A stretch of DNA of 63,903 nt, filler included. It is 4 parts of 4 records of this genome, joined end to end, with 100 filler letters (N's around TTAATTAATTAA, not from the genome) between each part and the next. Parts side by side here need not be neighbours in the genome. Positions count along the whole stretch, not along the records: positions 1 to 22,780 come from SRR31156797_1500; 3 more parts are not named here. The stretch is one strand, 5' to 3'. The notes beneath the pieces were generated by a model. It saw only the letters and a program-made list of their open reading frames with translations, was not told where the DNA came from and searched no databases. Below are positions 10,105 to 21,300 of the stretch, in pieces (within the stretch, counting starts at the first letter, position 1; every line of letters begins with the position of its first letter). Position numbers and translations under genes: made by a program.

Positions 10105-11775
10105 ATGCAAAGGGGATTTGTAATAATATTAGTAGTTGTAAAGCTATTATGGATAGGTTGTGTGCCTTCAAATAAAAAAAAGATTCAGTTGCAAAAGGAT
10201 GAAAACTACTATATTTCAGAAGTATGGCAGGCAGATAACAAAGATGGTACATTTACCAATCCGGTTTTATACGCAGACTATTCAGATCCGGATGTAATTA
10301 GGGTAGGAGATGATTATTTTATGACTGCGTCCAGTTTTAATTGCAGTCCGGGATTGCCCATATTACACTCTAAGGATTTGATTAATTGGCAAATTGTTAA
10401 TTATGCATTGCCAGAATTAGATTATAAGGATGCTTTTAATATTCCTCAACATGGTAAGGGTGTGTGGGCTCCCTGTATTCGTCATCATAACCAGGAATAT
10501 TATATTTATTGGGGAGATCCGGATTGGGGCATATATATGGTTAAGGCAAAAGATCCTTTGGGCGAATGGAGTAAACCATTACTAATTAAGGAAGGCAAGG
10601 GAATGATTGATCCAACACCATTGTGGGATGAAGACGGTAAAGTTTACCTCGCAACAGCCTGGGCTGCTAGTCGAGCAGGTATCAATAGTTTGCTTACAGT
10701 GTGGGAAATGAACCAAGAAGGAACAAAAATTATTTCAAAAGGGAAGCATGTGTTCGATGGTCACGTAAATCACCATACAGTTGAAGGACCAAAGCTTTAT
10801 AAGAAAGATGGATATTATTATATTTTCTGTCCGGCAGGAGGAGTAGAAGCGGGGTGGCAGCTGGTGTTGCGATCAAAGCAAATCTATGGACCCTATGAAG
10901 AAAAAGTAGTTTTGCATCAGGGAAATACCGATATCAATGGGCCACATCAAGGTGCATGGGTGCAAACCCAAACCGGAGAGTCCTGGTTTATGCATTTTCA
11001 GGATAAAAAAGCTTATGGCCGTATTCTTCATTTAAACCTTGTGGAATGGCAACAAGGCTGGCCAATAATCGGGAAAGATATAAATGGAGATGGAATTGGG
11101 GAGCCGGTAGAGAAATACAAGAAGCCTAATGTAGGGAAGGAACATCCGGTACAAACACCTCAGGACAGTGATGAGTTTAATAATGGAATTAGAGGAAAAC
11201 AGTGGCAATGGGCGGCAAATCATTCTCTAAAATGGGCAGTACACCTACCTGGTCAAAATTATCTAAGATTGCTAGCTTATCCCAAAGCCAAAACCAACAC
11301 GCCGTTGTGGATGGTCCCTAATTTATTGATGCAAAAATTTCCGGCTCCTTCATTTGTGGCTACAACAAAAGTTAAGCTAACAACAGAATGGGATGTGTGG
11401 CAGAGTAAGAAAGCCGGTTTAACAGTGATGGGTGATGAATATGCTTATTTAGCGATATTGAAGGAAGATAAAAAGCATAAACTAGAGCTTGTTAAAGGTA
11501 AAATGACAGATAGGTATAATGCGGAGGAAAAATTGGAGACTTCTGTTTTGCTTGAAAACAATGAGGTATTTTTGAGAGTGGAAGTGCAAGAAGGAGCGAT
11601 CTGCCAGTTTTATTATAGCCAAGATGGAGAGCAATATATATCAATAGGGAAATTGCATCAGGCACAGCCGGAGCTTTGGATTGGTGCCAAAGTTGGTATT
11701 TTTGCCATGATGGATCCGGGAATTAGAGCTGGAGGTTATGCCGACTTTGATTGGTTTAGGATAATGAAAAACTAG
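10105..11775 (+). CDS. GH43 family glycosidase (beta-xylosidase/arabinofuranosidase-like) with C-terminal beta-sandwich
   Basis: YADYSDPDVIRVGDDYFMTASSF, GVWAPC, MIDPTPLWD, VEGPKLYK, PHQG, ADFDWFR; WIGC lipobox. Confidence 0.93.
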   Translation: MQRGFVIILVVVKLLWIGCVPSNKKKIQLQKDENYYISEVWQADNKDGTFTNPVLYADYSDPDVIRVGDDYFMTASSFNCSPGLPILHSKDLINWQIVNYALPELDYKDAFNIPQHGKGVWAPCIRHHNQEYYIYWGDPDWGIYMVKAKDPLGEWSKPLLIKEGKGMIDPTPLWDEDGKVYLATAWAASRAGINSLLTVWEMNQEGTKIISKGKHVFDGHVNHHTVEGPKLYKKDGYYYIFCPAGGVEAGWQLVLRSKQIYGPYEEKVVLHQGNTDINGPHQGAWVQTQTGESWFMHFQDKKAYGRILHLNLVEWQQGWPIIGKDINGDGIGEPVEKYKKPNVGKEHPVQTPQDSDEFNNGIRGKQWQWAANHSLKWAVHLPGQNYLRLLAYPKAKTNTPLWMVPNLLMQKFPAPSFVATTKVKLTTEWDVWQSKKAGLTVMGDEYAYLAILKEDKKHKLELVKGKMTDRYNAEEKLETSVLLENNEVFLRVEVQEGAICQFYYSQDGEQYISIGKLHQAQPELWIGAKVGIFAMMDPGIRAGGYADFDWFRIMKN

Positions 11776-11809
11776 ATATTTGTACAAACGTAGTCTGAAA
11801 GAATATAGG

Positions 11810-14107
11810 ATGAGAAATATTGTTTTACTTATAGTGTTTTGTGTTGGAGTGATTTCTATTTCAGCGCAGAAGCATAGTTATTTGTTGCATACAGATGCTA
11901 ATGTAGCAAAATTAAAAAGACAAATTCAAAACACTCCGGCAGTTAAGTCAGCCTGGGAAGAGCAATTAGAAAAGGCGAATAAATTAATAGAAAAAGATCG
12001 TTGTGGAGCGACGGATTGCCCGGTGCTGGGTTTGGCTTACCGAATGACAGGCGATGATAAGTATGCTGAGAGTATAAAAAGGATATTATTGGATTATACT
12101 TCGAGAAAAACATGGGAGGGAAGGGATCTGCTAAATCGCGAACCAGCATGGACAGGAGGACTAAATACTTCGCACACGGGTTTTTATATTAGTTTGGGTT
12201 ACGATTGCATATATCATTATCTGACTTCAAAGGAACGGAAGCAAATAGCCGAAGGTTTAGTACGAGTTTGTATTAATCCTTTAAAAAGTAATTGGCTAAA
12301 TCCGCAGGAAAGCTTTCATACATTTGATACAATGGGACACAATTGGTGGAGTGCCTGTGTGTATATGGCAGGCTTTGCATCATTAGCCATTCAAAATGAA
12401 ATTCCGGAAGCGAAAGAATGGGCTATTGAAATTTCAGAAACCATAGGTGAGTGGATTACCTATTCGGGCAGTGTTTTACAAAACAAACCACGTAATTTTG
12501 ACCGAAATGGAGGTTTTTATGAGAGTATCAACTATGCATCTTATGGTGTTTCGCAATATTTGTTGTTCAGACTGGCCATGAATAATACACTGCCGGAAAT
12601 AAAACAGCCTAATGTGGATGAATTAGAAAAGATGGCCAATTTTTTTATTCATACTACCTATTATATCGAAGGAGAGGCACCTATGGTGGTTAATTTTGGT
12701 GATGGGAGTACTTTCAGAACAGGAAATGCCTGTATGTTGTTATTGTGGAATCTGGGTTACCAAAAGGATGCTTACGCCTGGTATTTAAATAAAACAATGC
12801 CCGGAAATAATAAAGAGGCCATTAACCTGAATACACCCAATGGCTTAATTTTAAATCCTGATTTACCAGAAATTGCAGACGATTTCACACCGGATATGCC
12901 GCTCTCTGAGTTGTATGAAGATATGGGCTGGGCAACTATGCGTAATTCATGGGAAAATGATGCGACATTTGTTGCCGTAAAATCAGGGTTAACCTGGAAT
13001 CATACCCATGCCGATGCAGGTTCATTCATCGTTTTTCACAATGGCAAATATCTGATTATTGATTCAGGAAATTCATCATATGGTAATCCGTTATATACAC
13101 AATATTATTGTCAAAGTGAAGCACATAATGTAGTATTGTTTAATGGAGAAGGTCAGGATAGAGAAGATCCGTATTATGGCGTAGTGAATCATGGTTCTTT
13201 GCATGATTTAGTGGATGCAGATGATTTTAAATACCTGCTGGCTAATGCAACAGGACCTTATTCACATATTTTAAAAAGAAACTATCGACATTTTCTTTGG
13301 GTAGGGGATGTATTATTAGTCATAGATGATGTATTGGCTCGCGAACCAGGCCAATTTGAATGGTTATTGCATTATAATGGAGAATCTAAACGACGAGGAT
13401 TAGATTTGTCCATCAAAGATGTGGATGCAGAAGTTTTAGTCCGACCGCTCTTCCCGGAAACATTTCCTGATGGAGGTTTAGCTCATGATTTTCCGGAGAA
13501 AATGCGTTTGCAGGAGAAACAAGGTTATGAAGATCATCATCCTGAAAAGCGCAAGCCATACTGGTCTGTTAGTCATTTCGAAAAAACAGCCCGCACTAAG
13601 TTTATAACAACTGTTACTTTTAAAACAGAAGAGAATAAGGATGAGTTACCTGTAATAGAACGCTTTCAGGGGGATGATTATCAGGCTGTTCGTATTACAC
13701 AAAATGGAAAAACAACAGAAATATATTTGAATTTGCTTGCAGATGGGCGTATAAAACACCGCAATAGTGTAATTGAAATGAATGGCTGGCAAACGGATGC
13801 ATATCTTACTGCTATCACTTTTAAAGCAGGAGCAGAGAGCAAGAATGTTGAAATTATTGAAGATCTGTTTATATCGCATGGAAGTTATTTGAGAAAGGGA
13901 AAGCAAACTTTGATACATGCACTTTCTAAATTTACGGCTTACATAGGTGGTTTTAATACGAAGATGGATATGATATTTCAGGGACAGCCCAAAGTATATC
14001 TTCATGTGTATGCACCAAAACCAAAAGCAACTCTGGAAGTAAACGGAAAAGTGATTTCAGGTGCGTATCAAAAGGAATTGAAAATGATAAAACTAAAAGT
14101 AGAATAA
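11810..14107 (+). CDS. Heparinase II/III-like polysaccharide lyase (alpha-toroid plus Hepar_II_III domain)
   Basis: GHNWWSAC, GFYESINYASYG, VNFGDG, NHTHADAGSF, AHNVVLFNG; ATG at 11810 starts a signal peptide (the ORF track uses a TTG at 11780). Confidence 0.82.
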   Translation: MRNIVLLIVFCVGVISISAQKHSYLLHTDANVAKLKRQIQNTPAVKSAWEEQLEKANKLIEKDRCGATDCPVLGLAYRMTGDDKYAESIKRILLDYTSRKTWEGRDLLNREPAWTGGLNTSHTGFYISLGYDCIYHYLTSKERKQIAEGLVRVCINPLKSNWLNPQESFHTFDTMGHNWWSACVYMAGFASLAIQNEIPEAKEWAIEISETIGEWITYSGSVLQNKPRNFDRNGGFYESINYASYGVSQYLLFRLAMNNTLPEIKQPNVDELEKMANFFIHTTYYIEGEAPMVVNFGDGSTFRTGNACMLLLWNLGYQKDAYAWYLNKTMPGNNKEAINLNTPNGLILNPDLPEIADDFTPDMPLSELYEDMGWATMRNSWENDATFVAVKSGLTWNHTHADAGSFIVFHNGKYLIIDSGNSSYGNPLYTQYYCQSEAHNVVLFNGEGQDREDPYYGVVNHGSLHDLVDADDFKYLLANATGPYSHILKRNYRHFLWVGDVLLVIDDVLAREPGQFEWLLHYNGESKRRGLDLSIKDVDAEVLVRPLFPETFPDGGLAHDFPEKMRLQEKQGYEDHHPEKRKPYWSVSHFEKTARTKFITTVTFKTEENKDELPVIERFQGDDYQAVRITQNGKTTEIYLNLLADGRIKHRNSVIEMNGWQTDAYLTAITFKAGAESKNVEIIEDLFISHGSYLRKGKQTLIHALSKFTAYIGGFNTKMDMIFQGQPKVYLHVYAPKPKATLEVNGKVISGAYQKELKMIKLKVE

Positions 14108-14467
14108 TTTAGTTTTAAGCAATAATGAATGGAATAAAATATCTTACTATATCATGCCCTATGGTAAAATAAACAGATATCTATCTTTCATGAGGAAGTT
14201 TCTATTTATAATGAAATGGAACAAACGATATTTCTGAGGTATTCTTATCCATAATTTTCAAATGTTTGTTCTGGATTGGACTATCTGGATTAAGAGTTGA
14301 TTGTAGTGCAAAATATTCATAAAGGCATGGATGGTCACGTCAATTATCGAAAAAGAAGCTTAATAAAGTTTTAAGTTCATGTTTGTGTTTGTAATTTTGC
14401 CTTTTAGTCAGTTTAAATATGTTACTAAAAGGTCAATAGGGATTGATGTTGTCAACGATGATTTTAA

Positions 14468-15445
14468 ATGAAAAAAGATAAACTCATGAAATATATTTTA
14501 TTAAGCGTAATCTTGTTTGTTAGCGGACATAAATGTTATTCAACAGATTACGATTTTGTTGTGTCAAAAGACGATTCAGGTGATTTTAAAACGGTACAGG
14601 AAGCCATCAATGCAGTTCCCGATTTCAGGAAACAAACAACCACTATTTTTATTAAGAATGGAGTCTATAAAGAAAAGTTGATATTACCGGCATCTAAAAA
14701 CAAGGTTACTCTGATAGGAGAAGATGCACATAAAGCAATCATCACCTACGATGATTATGCATCAAAGAAAAATACATTTGGAGAAGAGATGGGTACAACG
14801 GGTTCATCAGGTTTTTTTGTTTTCGGAAATGAACTTACCGCAAAAAACATCACCTTCGAAAATTCATCAGGTCCGGTAGGACAAGCCGTTGCTGTTCGTA
14901 TCGATGGAGATAAAATTATATTTGAGAACTGTCGATTTCTAGGTTTCCAGGACACATTATATCCTCACGGTTCAAACGTTAGACAATATTTTAAGAACTG
15001 TTATATAGAAGGAACGGTTGATTTTATCTTCGGAAAATCTACTGCAATATTTGAGGACTGTGAAATATTTTGCAAGTCAAGTGGGTATGTAACTGCTGCT
15101 GCTACTTTAAAAGAAACGCCTTACGGTTTTGTATTTATCAATTGCAATATTACAGGGAGTGCCCCGGAAGGTTCTGTATATCTCGGGCGTCCATGGCGAC
15201 CTTATGCAAAAACAGTGTTTATCGAGTGCAAGTTAGGGAAGGTTATAAAGCAAGAAGGTTGGCATAACTGGAATAAAAAAGATGCTGAACAAACGGCTTT
15301 TTACGCAGAATATAATAATAAAGGAAAAGGCGCTGTTCCCAATCAAAGGGTAAAATGGTCAAAACAGCTGACAAAGAAAGAAAGAGAAGCATATACTTTA
15401 GAAAATATCTTTGGAGATTGGCTGCCGAAGGTAGATGGAGAGTAG
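14468..15445 (+). CDS. Pectin methylesterase (CE8)
   Basis: GDFKTVQEAI, GVYKEK, QAVAVR, GFQDTLY, IEGTVDFIFG, YLGRPW; signal peptide; TAATTTTG -7-like element at 14392-14399. Confidence 0.96.
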   Translation: MKKDKLMKYILLSVILFVSGHKCYSTDYDFVVSKDDSGDFKTVQEAINAVPDFRKQTTTIFIKNGVYKEKLILPASKNKVTLIGEDAHKAIITYDDYASKKNTFGEEMGTTGSSGFFVFGNELTAKNITFENSSGPVGQAVAVRIDGDKIIFENCRFLGFQDTLYPHGSNVRQYFKNCYIEGTVDFIFGKSTAIFEDCEIFCKSSGYVTAAATLKETPYGFVFINCNITGSAPEGSVYLGRPWRPYAKTVFIECKLGKVIKQEGWHNWNKKDAEQTAFYAEYNNKGKGAVPNQRVKWSKQLTKKEREAYTLENIFGDWLPKVDGE

Positions 15446-15568
15446 TTATTGTAGTGGTTTGTATTTCAAATAAAGCCTTGTTTTTTCTATATAAAGAGTT
15501 GTTGGGTGTTATCTTTTAATTCAAATTAATGTTATTAGTTTTGTTAGAGCTAAGCTTTAAAGTCAAAT

Positions 15569-16186
15569 ATGTCTGATTACATACTTTTTATTGATACAGA
15601 AACCTCGGATAAGCCGCAGGATATGAAAATACCTACGGCTGAAACTGAAGAGTGGCCATATATTATTCAAATAGCCTGGACAATATGTACTAAGTTCGGG
15701 GAAACTGTTGCTACACGTAATTTTTATATTAACTCGGCGTGTATTGAAATCAGTGATGATGTAGTTGGATTACATGGTATAACCAAAGAGTTTCTTTCCG
15801 AAAAAGGTCAGTGTAGAAGTCAGGTGTTACAGGTGTTAAGAGATGATTTTGAGAAGTATAAGCCTTTAATTGTAGGTCATTTCTTAAAATTTGATTTGAA
15901 AATGCTCGAAGTGGGTTTTAACAGGGTAGATATTGATTTCAACTTTCATGATTTACCTAAATTTTGTACCATGTATTATACCCGTAGTATTTTCTTAGGT
16001 TTAAAGCCTGAATTGTTAAGGTTAAATGAGTTATATCGTATGTTGTTTGAAAAAGAATTTGAGGGACAGCATAATGCATTAAAGGATGCTAATGCTACAA
16101 AGGACTGTTTTTTCGAATTATTAGGCAGAGGAAAGATAACAAAGAAGGAAAAAGAAAAGCAACAGAGGTATTTTAATAAAAAATAG
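15569..16186 (+). CDS. DEDDh 3'-5' exonuclease (DnaQ-like)
   Basis: ExoI FIDTETS, ExoII VGHFLKFD, ExoIII QHNALKDA; TAGTTTTG -7-like element at 15536-15543. Confidence 0.9.
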   Translation: MSDYILFIDTETSDKPQDMKIPTAETEEWPYIIQIAWTICTKFGETVATRNFYINSACIEISDDVVGLHGITKEFLSEKGQCRSQVLQVLRDDFEKYKPLIVGHFLKFDLKMLEVGFNRVDIDFNFHDLPKFCTMYYTRSIFLGLKPELLRLNELYRMLFEKEFEGQHNALKDANATKDCFFELLGRGKITKKEKEKQQRYFNKK

Positions 16187-16271
16187 TAAACTTTAACCAA
16201 AGCTAAGTAGGTAGGTATGAATTATATTGGTTTATTTATCAATCGGAATAAACAGGAATAGTAGGTATTGA

Positions 16272-18158
16272 ATGGTGAATAAAATTAAAATCTTACAAAA
16301 GGTCGCTCCTTTTAATATATTGCCCGAAACGGTTATAAAAGAGGTTTCAGATTTAATGGTTTATAAACAATTTCGACCTGATGAAAAAATATATATTCAG
16401 GATGAAACCAGTTTAAATAACGTTGACATTATTATTAAGGGTGCCTACAAAGCATATTTCTTCGATTCAAACGGAACTGCTCGATTAGAAGAATTATATG
16501 ATGTAAATGATATTTATGGAGGAAGTTCTGTATTACTGAATAAGCAATATTCAATACGAACAGTGTATGCTCAGGGCGAAACTGAGATATTAACTTTAGA
16601 TAAAGAAGAGTTCAAGTCATTATGTAGAAGTTTTGAAAACTTCTTTCAGCATTTTACCATTCAGTTTGGAAATAAAATGCTGAATGACGAGTATGCTCAT
16701 TTTGTAAAGCGAAATAATAAGCGCGAGGAGAACTTTATGGATGCGGATATTATCTTCACACGTAAAATAAGTTCTATCACACCTCAGGGATTGGTAACCT
16801 GTTCTGCTCAAACTACCATAAAAGATGCTGCAAACCTGATGATTGAAAAAAAGGTGAATTGCATTTATGTAAAAGAGGATGATAAATTAACAGCATGGAT
16901 CTCAAAAGATACATTAGTTAGAGAGTCATTGGCAAAAGGTGTTTCATCTGATACGGCAGTTATCGAAATCGCACAAAAGGATATTATTAATATTCAAAAA
17001 GACGCATTGGTTTATGAGGCCTTATTTGCGTTATATCCATTAAAACAAGAATATATTCTGGTTAAAGATGGAGAAATAAATTTAGGGTACTTAAGTCGTT
17101 ATAGATTGCTTACGGAAAATGCTCAATCTCCACTGGTTTTTATACAATCAGTAAAACTATCCAACACAGTAGTTGATTTAAAAGAAAAATGGTCTAAAGT
17201 TCCAGAAATAATATCTACCATGATTGGTAGAGGTGTGCATGCCGAAATCATTAGTCGCATAGTAACTACTATTGCGGATGAAATATTATTGAGGGTAATC
17301 AAAACTGTTGAAAGTGAGATGGGAGAAGCTCCGGCTAAATATTGTTTTATGGTTATTGGCAGCGAGGGAAGACAAGAGCAGACTTTAGCTACCGATCAGG
17401 ATAACGCAATCATTTATGAAGATAAAGCAAATGAGCAAAGGGAGTTAGTACGTGCTTACTTTTTGGAATTTGCGGATAAAATATCAACCAAATTAAATGA
17501 TATTGGCTTTAAATTTTGCACCGGCGGCTTTATGGCTAAAAATCCGAAGTGGTGTCATTCCCTTTCTCATTGGAAAACCAATTATGACATGTGGATTAAT
17601 AAAGCAGCTCCTGATACGGTTATTAAATTGTCTACATTTTTTGATTGTAGATTTATCTATGGAGAAAAAGATCTTTTCGAAGATTTGCATACGCATATGT
17701 TAAAATGTTTAGATCATTCCAACTCTAAATTTTTAATGAACCTGGTTAAGAATGCTTTGCAATATGAACCTCCTATCGGCTTATTTAGTGGAATTAGAAC
17801 CTTTACAAAAGGCGGGAGAAAGGTTTTTAATATTAAAAAGTCTATGGCTACCATTGTGGATATGGTAAGGATGTACTCATTAAAGTATAAGATTGTTGAA
17901 ATGAATACCGGCAGACGAATGAGAAAGCTATATGAAGCCGGTCACTTTGATGAGAAAAAGTATAAGGAATTAATGCATGCTTATTATTACCTTATGGGAG
18001 TGCGTTTTAAGAGTCAGTCTATGGAGATATTAGATGATTTTAAAGAAGCCACCAATTATATTGAACCCAAAAAGTTAACACAGGTAGAACAAGTGGCATT
18101 AAAAGAGATATTTAAATTTATAAAAGACCTGCAATGGGGACTGAAAGGGAGTTTTTAG
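16272..18158 (+). CDS. cNMP-binding + CBS + DUF294 putative nucleotidyltransferase signal-transduction protein
   Basis: N-terminal cNMP-like fold, CBS pair (TIKDAANLMIEKKV), GSEGRQEQTLATDQDNAII nucleotidyltransferase motif, GGFMAKNPKW, FFDCRFIYG, DUF294_C-like C-terminus. Confidence 0.9.
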   Translation: MVNKIKILQKVAPFNILPETVIKEVSDLMVYKQFRPDEKIYIQDETSLNNVDIIIKGAYKAYFFDSNGTARLEELYDVNDIYGGSSVLLNKQYSIRTVYAQGETEILTLDKEEFKSLCRSFENFFQHFTIQFGNKMLNDEYAHFVKRNNKREENFMDADIIFTRKISSITPQGLVTCSAQTTIKDAANLMIEKKVNCIYVKEDDKLTAWISKDTLVRESLAKGVSSDTAVIEIAQKDIINIQKDALVYEALFALYPLKQEYILVKDGEINLGYLSRYRLLTENAQSPLVFIQSVKLSNTVVDLKEKWSKVPEIISTMIGRGVHAEIISRIVTTIADEILLRVIKTVESEMGEAPAKYCFMVIGSEGRQEQTLATDQDNAIIYEDKANEQRELVRAYFLEFADKISTKLNDIGFKFCTGGFMAKNPKWCHSLSHWKTNYDMWINKAAPDTVIKLSTFFDCRFIYGEKDLFEDLHTHMLKCLDHSNSKFLMNLVKNALQYEPPIGLFSGIRTFTKGGRKVFNIKKSMATIVDMVRMYSLKYKIVEMNTGRRMRKLYEAGHFDEKKYKELMHAYYYLMGVRFKSQSMEILDDFKEATNYIEPKKLTQVEQVALKEIFKFIKDLQWGLKGSF

Positions 18159-18354
18159 CAAAAGAACTATTTTATATTTAAAGTATCTCAATATTTAAAA
18201 TAGGTTCAACTATCCATATAATATTGATAATCTTCCCACAAAAATAGGATTTAGTAGAGAGTTTTCTTAAAAGTCAAGAAGTCTGATTATATTTGTTAGC
18301 TATAGTTATTGGCTCACTATATTGCTGATGATGTAAGCACTAATCATCTTATCT

Positions 18355-21300
18355 ATGACTTTAAGTAAATCACTAAAAAAAGCACTGTTATATACATTAC
18401 TATCTGTTATTGTTTTTAATCTTTCTGAGCTTGGTGCGCAAATCAAAAGAATTCATGCTAAAAAAATGGATGTTTTTGATGGGATGGCTCATAATTCTAT
18501 CTTAAGCATTGTTCAGGATTCCTTAGGCTTTATATGGTTTGGTACAGCAAACGGGCTTTCTCGCTATGATGGTTATAATCTAAAAACTTATCAGGCTTCA
18601 CCCATCGATAGTAACACCATTTATAATAATAGAATACAATTATTGTTTGTAGATAGGCAAGGGGAATTGTGGATTAGTGCTTTTGACACGGTTATATGCA
18701 AATATAATTATGAGAAGGATAATTTTACCCGCTTTAATGAATCCTCCGTGTCCAAGGAAGTCAGAGATTCTACCAATCGTTTTATAAACCGAACACAAAA
18801 GAGAGCTGTTTTTAATAAGCAAGAGTTTGAAATACGTGAAGGTGTTGATTTAATTCATAGAAACAATATAACCGGTGCTGAAATCATATACGAAGGTGGA
18901 ATTCCACCATATAAGGAAAAGCAAGATTTTAATTGCTTATTTATAGATAGGAATAATGTATTATGGATTGGTACAAATTATAGTGGTGTTTTAAGGGTAG
19001 ACTTACTAAGTAATGAATTTACAGCGCAGAATAATATTATTCAGCCGCAGGAAGAACCTGTTTCTTCGTCAATCCGAACATTTATGTCTGATGGAAAGGA
19101 TCTGTGGATGGGGACTTTTTATGATGGATTTAGTGTGTTGGATCGGGAATCAGGAAATAGGGAACATTATTATCCTTACTTAAATTCGGGCGACTGGCTT
19201 TCGAGTGGAAAGGTACGGGCGATATATAAAGACCATACTGGAGATGTTTGGTTGGGTTATAATCCGGGTGTTGATAAAGTAGATCATCTGAGTGGAAAAG
19301 TTATTCCTTATAGTATCCGTCCAAGATATATGTCCCGTTATCCGACTGGAGGATGGGGGCGCGTAAAAAGGTTACCCCGAACTTTGTATTTTACGATTTA
19401 TGAAGATAATCGTCATAATTTATGGATAGGAAGTCAAAATGGTATTTTTAGATACGATCGTGAACAGGATGATTTTCTGTTTTATCCATTAGAAAAGGAG
19501 TTTAAAAACTCAATAGCTACCTGCATGACTTCAGATTCCAATGGTCATTTGTGGATAGGAACTGAAATGGGAGGAGTAGTCAATATTCGCCGAGATAAAA
19601 ACCAGGAACAATGGATTGATACTATAAATTATAGATTTAGGGTAGGTGATCCTTCTTCATTACCTGATGATAGAGTGACTTCGATAGTGGAGGATCAAAT
19701 GGGTCATATCTGGGTGGGTACCGAAAATGGATTGTGTAAAATAGAGCCTCAGCAGCAAAGAGTTGAAATATTTTCCCTGTCGGAAGGTTTATCAGATCCC
19801 GGAATAGCCAGTTTGGTTATAGATGTGAATAATAAACTTTGGATAAGTCATAAAAAAGGAATTTCAAGTATTGAACTTTCCTCCATGAGTATCAAAAACT
19901 ATTCTATTGATGAGATTAATGAGGGAGGGCGTTTCTTAAATAGTGCAGGATGTTATGATGCTTTGTATAATACAGTGTATTTTGGATATACAGGCGGTTA
20001 TATATCCTTTCAGCCAGAGCATATAAAAGACAATCCTTTTGCACCAGTCGTAAGAATTGTGCAACTTAAAATATTGAATAAGCCTGTTGAAGTGAATAAG
20101 GAGGTGAATGGAAGGGTAGTGCTGAATAAATCGATTTATCATACAAGCAAAATTGTATTAACGCATAAGGATAGGGATTTTTCTATTGAATTTGCTGCTC
20201 TACATTACAATAATCCGGATTTAAATAAGTTCTCGTATATGCTGGAGGGCTTTGATGATGATTGGATAAATACAGATGCTAAACATCGTGTGGCTACATA
20301 TTCAAATTTAAAGCCGGGTAGTTACACATTTAAAGTGAAGGCTTCTAATGGGAGTGATTTGTGGAGTGAAAAGGAAGCTGGTCTTGAAATAAAAGTCCTT
20401 CCACCCTGGTGGAACACCTGGAAAGCATATGTATTGTACGCGCAGGTACTTATAATTCTAGCCTACCTGGTTCTTAAAACGGTATTAACGAAGCAGCAAT
20501 ACGAATACTTGTTGAGTATTGAGAAACTTAAAGCTGAAAAGATTCAAGAGGTAGCGCAAATGAAAAACCGCTTCTTTACTAATGTATCCCATGAGATTAG
20601 AACCCCATTAACATTGATACTTGCACCTATTGAAGAATTGATGTCTTTACCTAATAATGAAAATCAGCATTATTTTAAAATTATTAAAAGAAATGCAGAT
20701 CGTTTATTGAATCTTGTGAATCAATTATTAGATGTAAGGAAAATGGAAGAAGGAAAGATGACGCTTTATAAAACACGGAGTAATATTGTGGAGTTGCTTT
20801 TTAAAGCTGTAGAATCCTTTAAAATAAAGACAGAGACGGAGCAGTTAAAAATACAGTTTACTACGGCCTTTGATCAGCTGGATATGATGCTGGATGTGGA
20901 TAAAATGAATAGCGTATTTTATAATTTAATTTCAAATGCGGTTAAATATTCAAGTGCAGATGGATCTATTGAAATTAAATTAGGGCAGAAAGGAGAGAAA
21001 GGTGATGTTTATATTGAAATATCTAATGAGGGAACAGAAATCACAAAGGATGAAATAGATAAAATATTCAGTCCTTTCTATCGTTCGGATTCTTCAGGTA
21101 AAAAAACAGTGCCGGGTACAGGGTTAGGTCTTGTCATTGTTAAACAATTTGTAGAATTACATAAAGGGCAGGTAGAAGTAGTTAGTAAAGATGGGGTTAT
21201 TACTTTTAGAATTAGTTTGCCATCAGAGACCATAATTGAAAAGGTAAAGTCAAGTGGCGATAAATTTATTCTACCGACTGCAGAGTCAGGTAAAAATGTA

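Noticed and set aside
15569..18158. Nucleotidyltransferase plus exonuclease as a CBASS or other defence system
   Set aside because: The transferase is DUF294/GlnD-like with CBS and cNMP domains, not CD-NTase-like, and no effector or cap genes are adjacent
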